Shown piece after piece: positions 1 through 11,703 of a DNA stretch of 64,000 nt. Position 1 is the first letter of the stretch; each line of letters opens with the position of its first letter. This DNA is from the human T2T-CHM13v2.0 reference genome, Homo sapiens, in NCBI RefSeq assembly GCF_009914755.1, contig NC_060947.1; one strand, written 5' to 3'. Both the position numbers and the translations under genes were made by a program. Under the pieces are notes generated by a model. It was given only the letters and a program-made list of their open reading frames with translations. It was not told where the DNA came from and did no database searches.

Positions 1-3000
1 AAAATACACTAGAAAGGTTGTAATGTAAAATTAATTGGTACACTATGAATTCTCAAAAATGCTGTCTTTTTAGCCACATTAAGGGTCCACTTTACCTACT
101 AAAAGGTGCTACCTTTCTATGTTAGTAAAATTCTTAGACTAGGACTATTAAATGATGTGTTAGGAGATCTTACCTCCATTTACTCATGTAGGTAAGATTT
201 TGCTTGCCTTTCCCAAGCACATTCTAACTGAGGGAGAAGTAAAGAATTTATAAGTGACTTAGCACTTAAACCGAACCCGAAGCACCCTACAAGGTAACTA
301 GAGTAATAATTTATTCTGAGTAGAAACTCCTAAACTTGGTAATAAATCGGATAATATAACTATGTTAACAAATAGTTAAAAAAGAGGGTAAATCTTTTTT
401 TCCAATATCTGAGCAGTATGAAATAAGAGCTCTTGGCAAATGAATCCAATAAAAAATTCCCTAATTGCAGAAAAGCAGTTCGAAAGTGATTTTGCAAATC
501 AAAGGGAGCATTTGGGATTAGCTTTCAAAATGAAGACTGGAGTCCTACATCTTTATTACAGCCAGAATGGTGAGCCGAGCAAGCTTAAAAAGTGGTCACG
601 TGAAAGAGTAAAAAGAATAGAATCTTGATTATAGTAAATTTAAATTTGGCCTGACTAGAAATGGTAAATTTTGCAGAAAGGCAACGGAAATTACGCTGGA
701 ACTTGGCATAGCTCTCAGAAAGTAGACTAGATGAATAATAACAGCAAATTTCATGACTTTGAGAGAGCAAAGAATCATCATATATACATGCGTAGTTCCT
801 TTAAAAAGCCATGCTTTCTATCCAGCGTTGATTTTTGAGAATCTCTTTACAGATTGTTAAGTAAGTTCTATTTATTTATTGCAAATGTGATTAATTCCCA
901 GTAATATGCCCTTATGTCCCTTCAGGATTCTTACTAAACTAAAGCCAATAATAGCATCAAGTACCAAAAACTGTGAACATTGTGGTTTCATGGGACATCA
1001 TTTAATGGTATACGTGTAATATTTTCACTAACATATAAAGATAATGCCTTTCTTACCACTCAGAATGAGTAGGTAAATTGGACTTTTGATGCAGTTTACA
1101 AGATGTAGCATTTTTGAGAATTTGTAGTATGAAAATTAATTTTATATATCTAACTGCTGAGAGTGAATTTTAAATACAAAAATATATATTGCATGTATTT
1201 AAAAGCAATTTTAACTGCTGCATAATATTTGTACATATTAATGAGGGTTCATGTAATATTTTGTTACATGCATAGCAAGTTTTCATATGCCTCTTTGACA
1301 TTTGTATATTTTCTATTGAGAAATGTCTATTCATATATTCTGTCCATTGTTTAAATCGTTAGATTTTTTTTCCTATAGAATTGTTTGTGCTCCTTATATA
1401 TTCTTATAATTGATCCCTTGTCAGATGGGTTGTTTGCAAATATTTTCTTTCATTCTGTGGGCTGTCTCTTCATTTTGTTAATTCTTTCCTTTGCTGTGCA
1501 GAAACTTTTCAACTTGATATGATCCCATTTGGCTACTTTTGCTTTGGACACCTGTGTTTGTGGGATACTACTCAGGAAATTTTTGCCCAGATCAATGTCC
1601 TGGAGATTTTCCCCAAAGTTTTACTGTAGTTGTTTCACAGTCTTAGGTCTTAGATATAAGTCTTTAATTCATTTTGATTTGATTATTGTATATGTTGAGA
1701 GATAGAGGTCTAGTTCATTCTTCACCATATGAATATTCAGTTTTACCAGAACCATTGACTGAAAAAACTATTTTTTTTTTTTACCAGTGTATGTATTTGG
1801 CCCATTTGTTAAAAGTAAGTTTGCTGTAGCTGTGTGGATGTGTTTCTGCATTCACTATTCTGTTATAGTTGTCTATGCGTAAGTTGTTACACCAGTATCA
1901 TACCATTTTGGTTACTACAGCTCTGCAGTATAATTGCAAGTCAGGTAATGTGACTCCTCCAGTTTTCTTTTTTCTTACAATAACTTCGGTTATTCTGGGT
2001 CTCTTATGGTTCCACATACATTTTAGGATAGTTTTTTCTATCTCTGTGAAAAATGTCATTGGTATTTTGATAGGAATTGAATTGAATCTGTAGATTGATT
2101 TGAGTAGTATAGACATTTTGGTATTGATTCTTCTAATTGATGAACATGGAATATCTTTCCATTTTTTGTGTCCTCTTCAATTTCATTGGTCAGCATTTTA
2201 TACTTTTTATTATAGTAATCTTTCATTTCTTTGATTGAGTTAATTCCTAGGCATTTAATTCTATGTGTGGCTATTGTAAATGGGATTACTTTTATGATTT
2301 CTTATTCGAATTGTTCGCTGTTGACATATAGAAATGCTACTAATATTTCTATGTTGATTTTTTATCCTGCAATTTTACAGAATTTGTGTATCAATTTGAA
2401 TATTTTTTGCGGGTCTTTAGGCTTATCCAAATATGAGATCATATCATCTGCTAACAATGATAATTAGACTTCCTTTTTTCCCATTTGGATACCCTTTATA
2501 TTTTTCTCTTATCTGATTTCTCTAAGACTTCCAGAACTATGTTGAATAACAGTGGTGAAAGGGGGCATCCTTGTTGTGTTCCAGATCTTAGAAGAAAGCT
2601 TTCTGTTTTTCCTCATTTAGTATAGTGCTGGTTGTGTGTCTGTCATATATGGCTTTTATTATGTTGAGATATGTTCTTTCCATACCCTGTTTTTTAGTGT
2701 TTTTATCATGAAGTGATGTTGAATTTTATCAAATGCTTTTTCAGCATCAATTTAAGTGATCATATAGATTTTATCTTTATTCTGTTGTTGCAATGTGTCA
2801 TGTTGATTGATTTGCATATATTGAACCATCCTTGAATTCCAGAGACAAATTCCACTTGGTTCTGATGAATGATATTTTTAATGTATTGTTGAATTTGGTT
2901 TGCTTGTATTTTGGTTCACGATTTTGCATCAATATTCAACAGTTATATTAGCCTGTAGTTTTCTTTTTTTGATGTGTCTTTGTCTGCTTTCAGTATCAAG

Positions 3001-4144
3001 GTAATATTGGGCTCATACAATGAGTTTGGAAGTATTCCCTTCTCTATTTTTTGGAATATATTGAGTAGGAATGCTATTAGTTCTTATTAAATGTTTGGTA
3101 GAATTCAGCAGTAAAATAATCAGTTCTTGAGAGTTTCTTATAAGGGAGATTTTTTTATTATGGTTTTGATCTTGTTACTTGGTATTGATCAGTTTAGGTT
3201 TTGGATTTTTTCATGGTTCAGTCTTGGTAAGTTATATAAGTCTAAGAATTTGTCTACTTTTTCTAGATTTTCCAAGTTATTGGTGTATAGATGCTCATAG
3301 TAGCCAGTAATGATCCTTTGAATTTATGCAGTATCAACTGTAATTTCTCCTTTTTCATATCTGATTTTATTTATTTTCATGTCTTAGTTAATGTCACTAA
3401 AAGTTTGTCAATTTTGTTTAATTTTTCAATAAAACAACTTTTCATTCTTTGACCTTTTGTACTGTTTTGTCATTTCAAATTCATTTATTTCTGCTCTGAT
3501 CTTTGTATTTCTTTTCCTAATGTTGGGTTTGGTTTGCTTTTGTTTTTTCATTCTTTTATGGATAAGTTGTTTATTTGAAGGTTTTCCACTTTTTTGATGT
3601 AAGTACTTGTAGCTATAAACTTCCCTCTTAGTACTGTTTTGATTGTATCCCATAGGTTTTAGAATGTTGTGTTTTCATTTTCATTTGTCTCAGGAATTTT
3701 TTAAATTTCCCTTTTCATTTATTCACTGGTCATTCAGGAGGATATTGTTTAATTTACATGTATTTGTATAGATTTCAAAATTTCTAGTTATTGATTTCTA
3801 GTTTTACTCCTTTGTGGGTAGAGAAAATACTGATATTATTATTTCAATTTTTTTGAATGTGTTAAGACTTCTTTGTGATCTAACATATGGTCTATCCTTG
3901 AGAATGATCCTTGAACAGAGGAAAAGAGTGTGTATCCTACCACAATAGGATAAAATGATTCATATATATCTATTAGGTTTATTTGTTCTGTAGTGCAGAT
4001 TAAGTCCTATGTTTCTTTGTTGATTTTCAAGGTCTGTCCAGTGTTGAAAGTGGAGTGTTGAAATCTCCAGCTATTGTTGTAATGGAGCCTATCTCTCCCT
4101 TTAGCTCTAATAATATATGCTTTATATATCTGAATGATCTGGTG

Positions 4145-4505
4145 ATATATATATATATATATATGTATGTGTATATATATATATACACATACATATATAT
4201 GTGTATATATATATACACATACATATATATGTGTATATATATATACACATACATATACACATATACATGTATATATATACATGCATATATATGTATATAT
4301 ATACACATATATGTATATATACATATATATGTGTATATATACACACATATATATGTATATATACATATATGTGTATATATACACACACATATATGTATAT
4401 ATACATATATGTGTATATATATACACATATATGTATATATACATATATGTGTGTGTATATATATACACATATATGTGTATATATACACACACACATATAT
4501 ATATT
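4145..4505. repeat. Complex (TA)n/(TATG)/(CATA) microsatellite, about 360 bp
   Basis: Alternating purine-pyrimidine run directly visible; it produces the YIYI pseudo-ORFs. Confidence 0.97.
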
Positions 4506-5790
4506 TAGAATTGTTGTATACTCTTGCTAAATTGCACCCCTTTATATATATAGTGACCTTCTTTTTCTTTTCTGATGGTTTTCATCTTGAAATGTATTTT
4601 TTTCTGACATGTGTATGGTGACTCCTGCTCTTTTTTTGTTTCCATTGACATTGAATATCTTTTTCCATCTCTTCATTTTCTGTCTACATGTGTCTTTATA
4701 GGCACAATGCATTTCTTGTAGGACACAGATTAAAGGGTCTTGTTATTTAATCCATTCAGCCACTCTGTTTCTTTTGATTGGAAAGTTTAGTAATTTACAT
4801 TCAATGTTATCATTGATAAGTAAGTACTTACTCCTGCCATTTTCTTATTTCTTTTTCTTGTTGTTTTGTGATCTTCTCTTCCTTCCTTCTTTCTTTCCTT
4901 CCTGTCTTCATTAATAAAAGTGATTTTCTCTGGTGACATAATAATTTCTTTCTGTTTTATTTTTTGTGTATCTGTTGCATGTTTTTTTTTGTTAGAGGTT
5001 ACCATGAGGTTTGCAAATACTATCTTATAACTCATGTAACTCATTATTTTAAGCCAATAACAACTTAACACTGTTTGCGTAATAAAAAACACAAGCAAAA
5101 AGAAAACCAATAAAAACTCTATGCCTTAACTTTATACCTCCACTTTTCTAACTTTTTGGTGTTCTATTTATATCTGATTGTACTGTCTATATCTTGAAAA
5201 GTTGTTATAGTTATTATTTTAGATTGGTGAATAGTTTAATCTTTCCACTTAGGATAAGAGTAGTCTAGACACCATAGTTACAGTGTTATTATATCCTGTG
5301 TTTTTCTGTGTACTTACCAGTGAGTTGTGTACTTTCAGATGATTACTTATGACCACTCATTAACATCCTATTTTTTAATTGAATTTCTCCCTTTAACATT
5401 TCTTACAGGACAGGTCTGGTGTTGATGAAATCTCTCAGCTTTTGTTTGTCTGAGAAAGTCTATATTTGTCTTTCATATTTGAAGGATTTTTTCTGAAGAT
5501 AAACTAATCTAGGGTAAAAGTTTTACTCCTTCAATATTTTAAATATGTCATGTCAATCTCTCCTGGCCTGTGAGTTTTCCACTGAAAAATCTGCTGCTAG
5601 ACATATTGGAGCTCCATTGAATGTTATTTATTTCTTTTTTCTTGCTGCTTTTAGAATCTTTTCTTTCTCCTTTATCTTTGGTAGTTTGATTATTAAATGA
5701 CTTGAGGTAATCTTTTTTGGTTTAAATCCACTTGATACTCTATAGCCTTCTTTTACTTGAATATTGATATATTTGTTTAGGTTTGAGAAG

Positions 5791-5923
5791 TTTCCTTCCT
5801 TCCTCCCTCCCTCCCCCCCATTCCTTCCTTCCTTTCTTTCTTTCTTTCTTCTTTCTTTTCTTTCTTTCTTTCTCTTTCTTTCCCTCCCTCCCTCCCTCCC
5901 TCCCTCCCTCCCTCCCTCCCTCC

Positions 5924-5984
<61 letters not shown>

Positions 5985-6012
5985 TTTCTTTCCTTCTTTC
6001 TTTCTTTCTTTC

Positions 6013-6060
<48 letters not shown>

Positions 6061-6061
6061 T
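5791..6061. repeat. Polypyrimidine microsatellite (TTCC)/(TTTC)/(CCCT)n
   Basis: About 270 bp that are almost entirely C/T. Confidence 0.97.
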
Positions 6062-6862
6062 GATTTGCCCTTTTGAGGCTATTTTCTCAATCCTGTAAGC
6101 ATGCTTCGTTGTTTTTTATTCTTTTTTAATCTCCTCTGTATCTTTTCAAATAGCCTGTCTTCAGGCTCACTAATTCTTTCTTCTGCTTGATCAACTCTGC
6201 TATTAAAAGACTTGGATGCATTCTTCACTATGCCAATTTTGTTTTTCTGATCCATAATACCTGCTTGATCATTTTTTTAATTATTTCAATCTCTTTGAAA
6301 AATGTATCTGATAGAATTCTGAGTTCATTCTCTGTGTTATATTATTTTTGAGCTATCTCAAAACGGATGTTTTGAATGCTCTGAAACATCACGTATTTCT
6401 TTTTCCCCAATGTGGGTCCCTGGTACCTTAGTTAGTTCATTGGTTGAGGTTATTTTCTTCTGGAATGTCTTGATACTTGTAGATGGTCACCTATGTCAGG
6501 GCATTAAAGAGTTTGGCATGTATCATAGTCATCACTGACTGTACTTCTTTGTACTCATGCTTCTTGGAAAGGCTTTCCACATATTCAAAAGGACTTGGCT
6601 GTTGTGATCTAAGATGTGTCTTCTTTAGGGAGCACCCCAAACCCAGTAACACTGTGGTTCTTGCAGACTTATATAGCTACCACTTTCATGATTCTCAACA
6701 AGATCCAGGAGAATTCGCTGGATTACTAAGCACAGACTTTTTTTTTGTTTCTATTCCCTTTTACTGTCTCTCAAACAAACGAAATCTCTCTCTGTTTTGA
6801 GCCACCTGAAGCTGGGGGTAGAGTGATCAAAGCGCCCTTGTAGCCACCACCACTATGACTAC

Positions 6863-7570
6863 TGTTTCAGGACAGTGTAGGAAGGACAACTCAAACACTC
6901 AAGTGGGAGGGAGAGGAAAACTAAAACTTTATTACTATAAGCAAATATCACAACAAAAACAACCTTATAACAAGAGAAGACAAAATGTAACCGATTCTCA
7001 TCAGACTGCAGGAAGAGTCATCACCAGAGTCGAAAGGAAGATGCCTGGGAGCCTGCAGTCGAAGTTTTAAGCAAACGTCACAGCAAAAACAGCCTTAAAA
7101 GAAGAGAAGACAAAATGTAACCAAAGCTTACCAGACCACAGGAGGGTCATCACCGGAGTCAGAAGGCGGACGCCCGGGATCCTGCAGTCGGACTTGGGTC
7201 ATGCCCCAGCATACGACAACACAGCAGCCTTCAGCTCCTCCTTCGTGTAAGCTCCTTTTATTAGTCCAGTTCTTACCTTGGACACCCTCTGTTGCTTCCT
7301 TGGGAGGGCCCTTCCCGAGCAAGCAACATTTAAGCAATTGCTCCGGGAGTGGTGTTTTGGGAGCAGTGTTGCGGGACATACTCGGGGGACTTGAACAATC
7401 GTTCCAGGAGCAGTTTCCAGGAATGTGTTCCAGGATTTGAGTTAAGTTCTAGGCTTTTAGCAAAATCTTACACAAGGTGTTTACCTTTACACTTTAGGTG
7501 CCCCTGCCTTTTATAGACGGAGGCATATTTTAAAATGGTGTTAGCGTGGCCAATATTTTCTCTTCCTACA
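6863..7570 (-). mobile_element. Solo LTR, family not confidently recognised (ERVL-like by its 5-bp TSD)
   Basis: TG...CA termini. Flanks actac/accac (4/5 match). The L1 5'UTR reads through when the element is removed. Minus-strand AATAAA near 6927-6932 and a TATA-like taataaaa near 7256-7263. Confidence 0.8.
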
Positions 7571-9455
7571 ACCACGCTGGGTCAGACCTAAAGCCAGCAC
7601 AGCACTCGATATCTCACCCAATGCCTGCTGTAACCACTCCCTGGTTACCACCTATGTTTGCTCAAGACCTTGGAGCTCTACAATGAGCAGGTGGCAAAGC
7701 CAGCCAGGCTTATGTCATTCCCGTCAGAGTGGCAAGCTACCCCAGTCTTTGGTGGGGTCGGGAAGTGCTATCCAGGAGCCAGGGACTAAAGTTTAAAACC
7801 TTAGAAGTCTACCCGGTGTTCTCTTGTACTGCAGCTGAGCTAGCACTCAAACCACAAGATGCAATTCTTCCCACTCTTTCCTCCACTTTCCAAAAGCAGT
7901 GGAGCCTCACCCCATGGCCAACACCAGCACAGGTTTATGGATAGTACTGCCAGACTACTACCAATGTCCCGTTAAGGCTCAAGGGCTCTTGAGTCAACTT
8001 GTGGTGAATGCTGCCTTACATGGAACTCATCCTTCAGGGCAGTGAGCTCCCCTCTGTCCCACAACAGGTTCAGAAATGCCATCCAAGACCCAAGTTCTGG
8101 AATTGGAGACCCCAGGTGCCCACTTGGTGCTCTACTTTGCTGAACTCAATCAGAAGGTGTCTCACCCCATATTCACCACAGCTGTGCATGTGCTGAGTCT
8201 CTTTGGAAGCCAGCAGGTCTCAGTGCCTCACCCATGGCCCTTTACATAATACATTTGTATCACATCTGGTTATTCAGGGCCCAAAGGCCCTTCAGTTAGC
8301 AGGTGACAAATCCTGCCAAAAGTGGGTTCTTCTCTTCAAGGCAGCAGGTTCCCTTCTGGCCCAGAGGCTGCCTAGAAATGTCATCCAGGAGTCAGGGCCT
8401 TAAAAGCAGGCTTTGGAACACTGAGCAGTACCCTGTCCTGCTGTGGCTGAGCTGGTATCCAAGATACAAGACAAAGTCTTCCCCACTCTTTCCTCTTCTT
8501 TCTTAAAGTGGAAGGAAGCTGTCTCTATTGTAGACATGAGCTGTGCAACCTGGGTTTGGGGGAAGGGTGATGCCAGCACTCCTGTAGCCACCCAAGCTGG
8601 TGTCTCTGTAGATGGCATGCCCACCTGGCCTACTGTCTCTGGGCCCATTTCCACAATAGGTCTTACATCAAAATTGCAGTCCTTGCTGCCTAGACTGCTT
8701 TTCAAGTTTAGTAGGGCCCCAGAGCACTTTATCCTGTGCTGACAAGGCATGTAGGAACTCAGTTTCTGACCACTGAGATCAGTCATTCTTTTCTGATTTG
8801 GGCTGGTTTCAATGCTCTCTGCAAGGGTGTCAGCTGAGTTTGTTCCGAATTTCCTTTCTGTTATAACAGACAGCACAGAGTTCAGTGTCTCACAATTGCA
8901 GTGCTTTCCCTCAGCCAGCGTGCAGAAACACTCTCCACACCATGCCACCACTATAGGGATTGGAGGAGAGGTGGCGCCAGTGATTCAACACTGTCCTACC
9001 TCTTCAGTGCCTCTTTCAGTGGTATACAATTAAAACAAGTTACTGTGAGTGCTCACCTCATTTTGAACTCATAAAGGTGCTTTTCTTGTGTAGATATTTA
9101 TTAAATTGGTGTCCTTGCAGGGCAGATGATCAGTGGAGCCTTCTGTTTCACCATCTTGCTCCCTGTGGAGAGTTCTTATCATGAAGAAATGTTGAATTTT
9201 ATTCAGTGCATTTTCTGCTCCTGTTAAGATGATCATATGGTTTTTGTCCTATATTCTGTTGATGTGATGCATCACTTTTATTTATTTGTGTATGTTAAAT
9301 CATCCTTGCCTCCCTGAAATATATCCCATTTGATCATGGTGTATTATCTTTTGATGTACGGCTGGATTTGGTTTTCTCGTATATTGTTGTGAATTTTTGC
9401 ATCTATATTCTTCAGGGATATTGACCTGTAGTGTTTTTTATTTTTTTTATTTTTT

Positions 9456-9458
<3 letters not shown>

Positions 9459-9487
<29 letters not shown>
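9459..9487. repeat. (TG)n microsatellite
   Basis: About 14 TG units. Confidence 0.95.
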
Positions 9488-9488
<1 letters not shown>

Positions 9489-10336
9489 TATTATTGTCTT
9501 GTTTTGATAGCAGAGAATGCTGGACTCATAGAATGAGTTAGAAAGAACAATTCTAATTTTGTTTACTTGGATATTTTTTCTTGGTTACTCTAGCTAATGT
9601 TTTATCAGTTTTATGGATTTAAAAAAACAGCTTTTCATTTTGTTGATTTTTTGTATTGCCTTTTTAGTCTCTATTTTGTTTAGCTCTCCTCTGATCTTTA
9701 TTATTTCTCTCCTTCTAATGATTTTAGATTGATATGTTCTTACATTGAAACTTCCTTGAAATGCATCTTTAAATTGTTTATTTGAATTTTTTTACTTTTC
9801 ATGTAGGCACTTATTTCTATAAACTTCCCTCTTAGCACTGCTTTTTGCTGTATCCCATAGGTTTAGTTATATTGTGTTTTCACTTTTATTTATATCAAAC
9901 ATATTTTTGATTTTAATCTCAATTTCTTTGTTGACCCAATAGTTATTCAGGTGCATGTTGTTTAATTCTTAGGTATTTGTATAATTTCTGAAGTTCTGTG
10001 AAGATACTTAATATAATTGCAACTTCAAAAAATTGATTGAGACTTGTTTTGTGACTTAAAATATGTTCTATTCTGGAGAATGTTTCATGTGCTCATAGAA
10101 CGAATGTGTATTCTGTAGCTGTTGGATATAATGTTCTGTAAATATCTGTTAAGTCAATTTGGTCTAAAGTGTAGTTTAAACTCAATGTTTCTTTGTTAAT
10201 TTTCTGTCTAGATGATCTGTCTAATGCTGAGAGTTATGTGTTAAATTTATCCACTATTATTGTCATTGAGTCTTATCTCTTTATTTAGATCTAGTAATAT
10301 TGGATTTCTACATCTGTGTGTTCCAGTGTTGGGTAG

Positions 10337-10507
10337 ATATATATATATCAATTTATATATTATATATAAACTGATATATATATAAAATTTATATATTATA
10401 TATAAATTGATATATATATAAATTTATATATAATATATAAATTGATATATATTTGCATTTTTATATTTTTATATATATAAATATATATATTTATATATAT
10501 ATATATT
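10337..10507. repeat. AT-rich mini/microsatellite expansion inside L1
   Basis: Repeated aatttatatattatatataaa(c/t)tgatatat units plus (TA)n. Confidence 0.9.
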
Positions 10508-10534
10508 TAGAATTGTTGTATCTTTTTGCTAAAT

Positions 10535-10880
10535 TTATTTATTTTCTTTCTTTTATTTTAGGTTCCAGGGATACATGTGCAGAATTGTTACATAGGTAAG
10601 TTGTGTCTCATGGGGGTTTGGTGTACAAATAATGTTGCCACCCAGGTAATTAGTGTGGTCCCACCCTCCATCTTCAAATAGACCCCAGTGTCTGTTATTC
10701 CCTCATTTGAGCCCATGCGTACTCAATGAATTGCATCTACTTATAAGTGAGAATGTGGGGTATTGGGTTTTCTGTTCCTGAATTAATTTTTCAAACCTAA
10801 TGGCCTCCAGCTCCACCCGTGTTTCTACAGAGGCCACGGTCTTATTCTTTTTGTGGCTTCATAGTGTTCCATGGTATATA
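10535..10880 (-). mobile_element. 5'-truncated L1PA15/16-like 3'UTR nested in L1M
   Basis: T-rich tail followed by gatacatgtgcag...ttacataggtaa...cccaccctcc...ttataagtgagaa...ccatggtatata. Confidence 0.8.
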
Positions 10881-11703
10881 ATGATGTTCTTTTTTTCTAG
10901 TTATTGTTTTTGATTTAAAGTTTGTTTTATCTTATATGAGAATAGAAACACCTGCTTGCTTTTGGTTTCTCTTTACTTGGAATATTTTCTTCCGTCTCTC
11001 TACTTTCAGTCTATATGTGTCTTTAGTGGTGACGTGTTTCTTTTCAGCAGCATACAGTTAGGTCTTGTTTTTAGAATCCATTCAGTCCATTTGTATAATT
11101 GAAGTGACAAATTTATTTTCATTCAAAGTTATTATTGATATATGAGGTTTTCTTTCTGATGGTGCAATTTTTACCTGGATGTTCTGAGTATTCTTTGTTC
11201 TTTTTTAAAACCTATTATTGTTTAGTGTTGTGGTATGGTGGCTTTCTGTAGCGGTAAAATTTGAGACTTTTTATTACTCATTTGTGTGTTTGCTTTAAGA
11301 GTAAGTTTTACACTTTAATATGTTTTCAAGATAGTAGATTTTGCCCTTTTTCTTCCAGGTTAGGACTTTATTAAGCATTTCTTGTAGTGCCAGTCTAATG
11401 GTTATGAATTTCCTCAGTTTTTGCTTGTTTGGCAAATAATTTACTTAAATTTTTTAAAAAATGATCTGGATATAGTTTTCCTGGATAACAGTTGTTTTCT
11501 TTCAGCACTTAACATCTCATGCCATTATCTCTGGGCCAGTAAAATTTTGACTGAGAAAGCCATTCTTAATCTGATGGAGATTTGTTTATATGTGACTAGA
11601 TGCTTTTATTTTGCTGTTTTTAGAATTATCCCTTTGTCTGTGACTTATGGCAGTTTCACTATCATATGCCAGTGAGACATTTTTGAATTGTATTTATTTG
11701 GGT

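Larger units (their letters stand above)
1209..9163 (-). mobile_element. Near full-length L1MA-type LINE-1 (L1MA2-4-like), decayed; interrupted by an LTR at 6863-7570 and by microsatellites
   Basis: L1MA 3' end motif (gtacatattaatgagggttcatgtaatattttgttacatgcata) at about 1230. Minus-strand ORF2 remnants: [28 protein letters not shown] at 1898-2116, [16 protein letters not shown] at about 4030-4090, and the ORF2 start MAGVSTYLSMITLNVN at 4840. ORF1 region at about 5400-6500, then a long 5'UTR whose start reads GGAGCAAGATGG on the minus strand at about 9162. Confidence 0.9.
9165..11703 (-). mobile_element. Second, more diverged L1M fragment (ORF2 5' half into the inter-ORF/ORF1 end)
   Basis: Collinear similarity to 2700-5720 of the first L1 (e.g. 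tctataaacttccctcttagcactg; tttagaattgttgtat). Confidence 0.85.

Noticed and set aside
594-603. Perfect E-box GGTCACGTGA in unique sequence
   Set aside because: A single motif without promoter or CpG-island context.
4007-4621. Overlapping 109-188 aa ORFs in all frames
   Set aside because: Artefact of a stop-free TA/TG/CA microsatellite.
7640-8520. Repeated modules in GC-richer sequence and the nearby 183-aa ORF (8400-8951)
   Set aside because: Part of the long, internally repetitive L1M 5'UTR.
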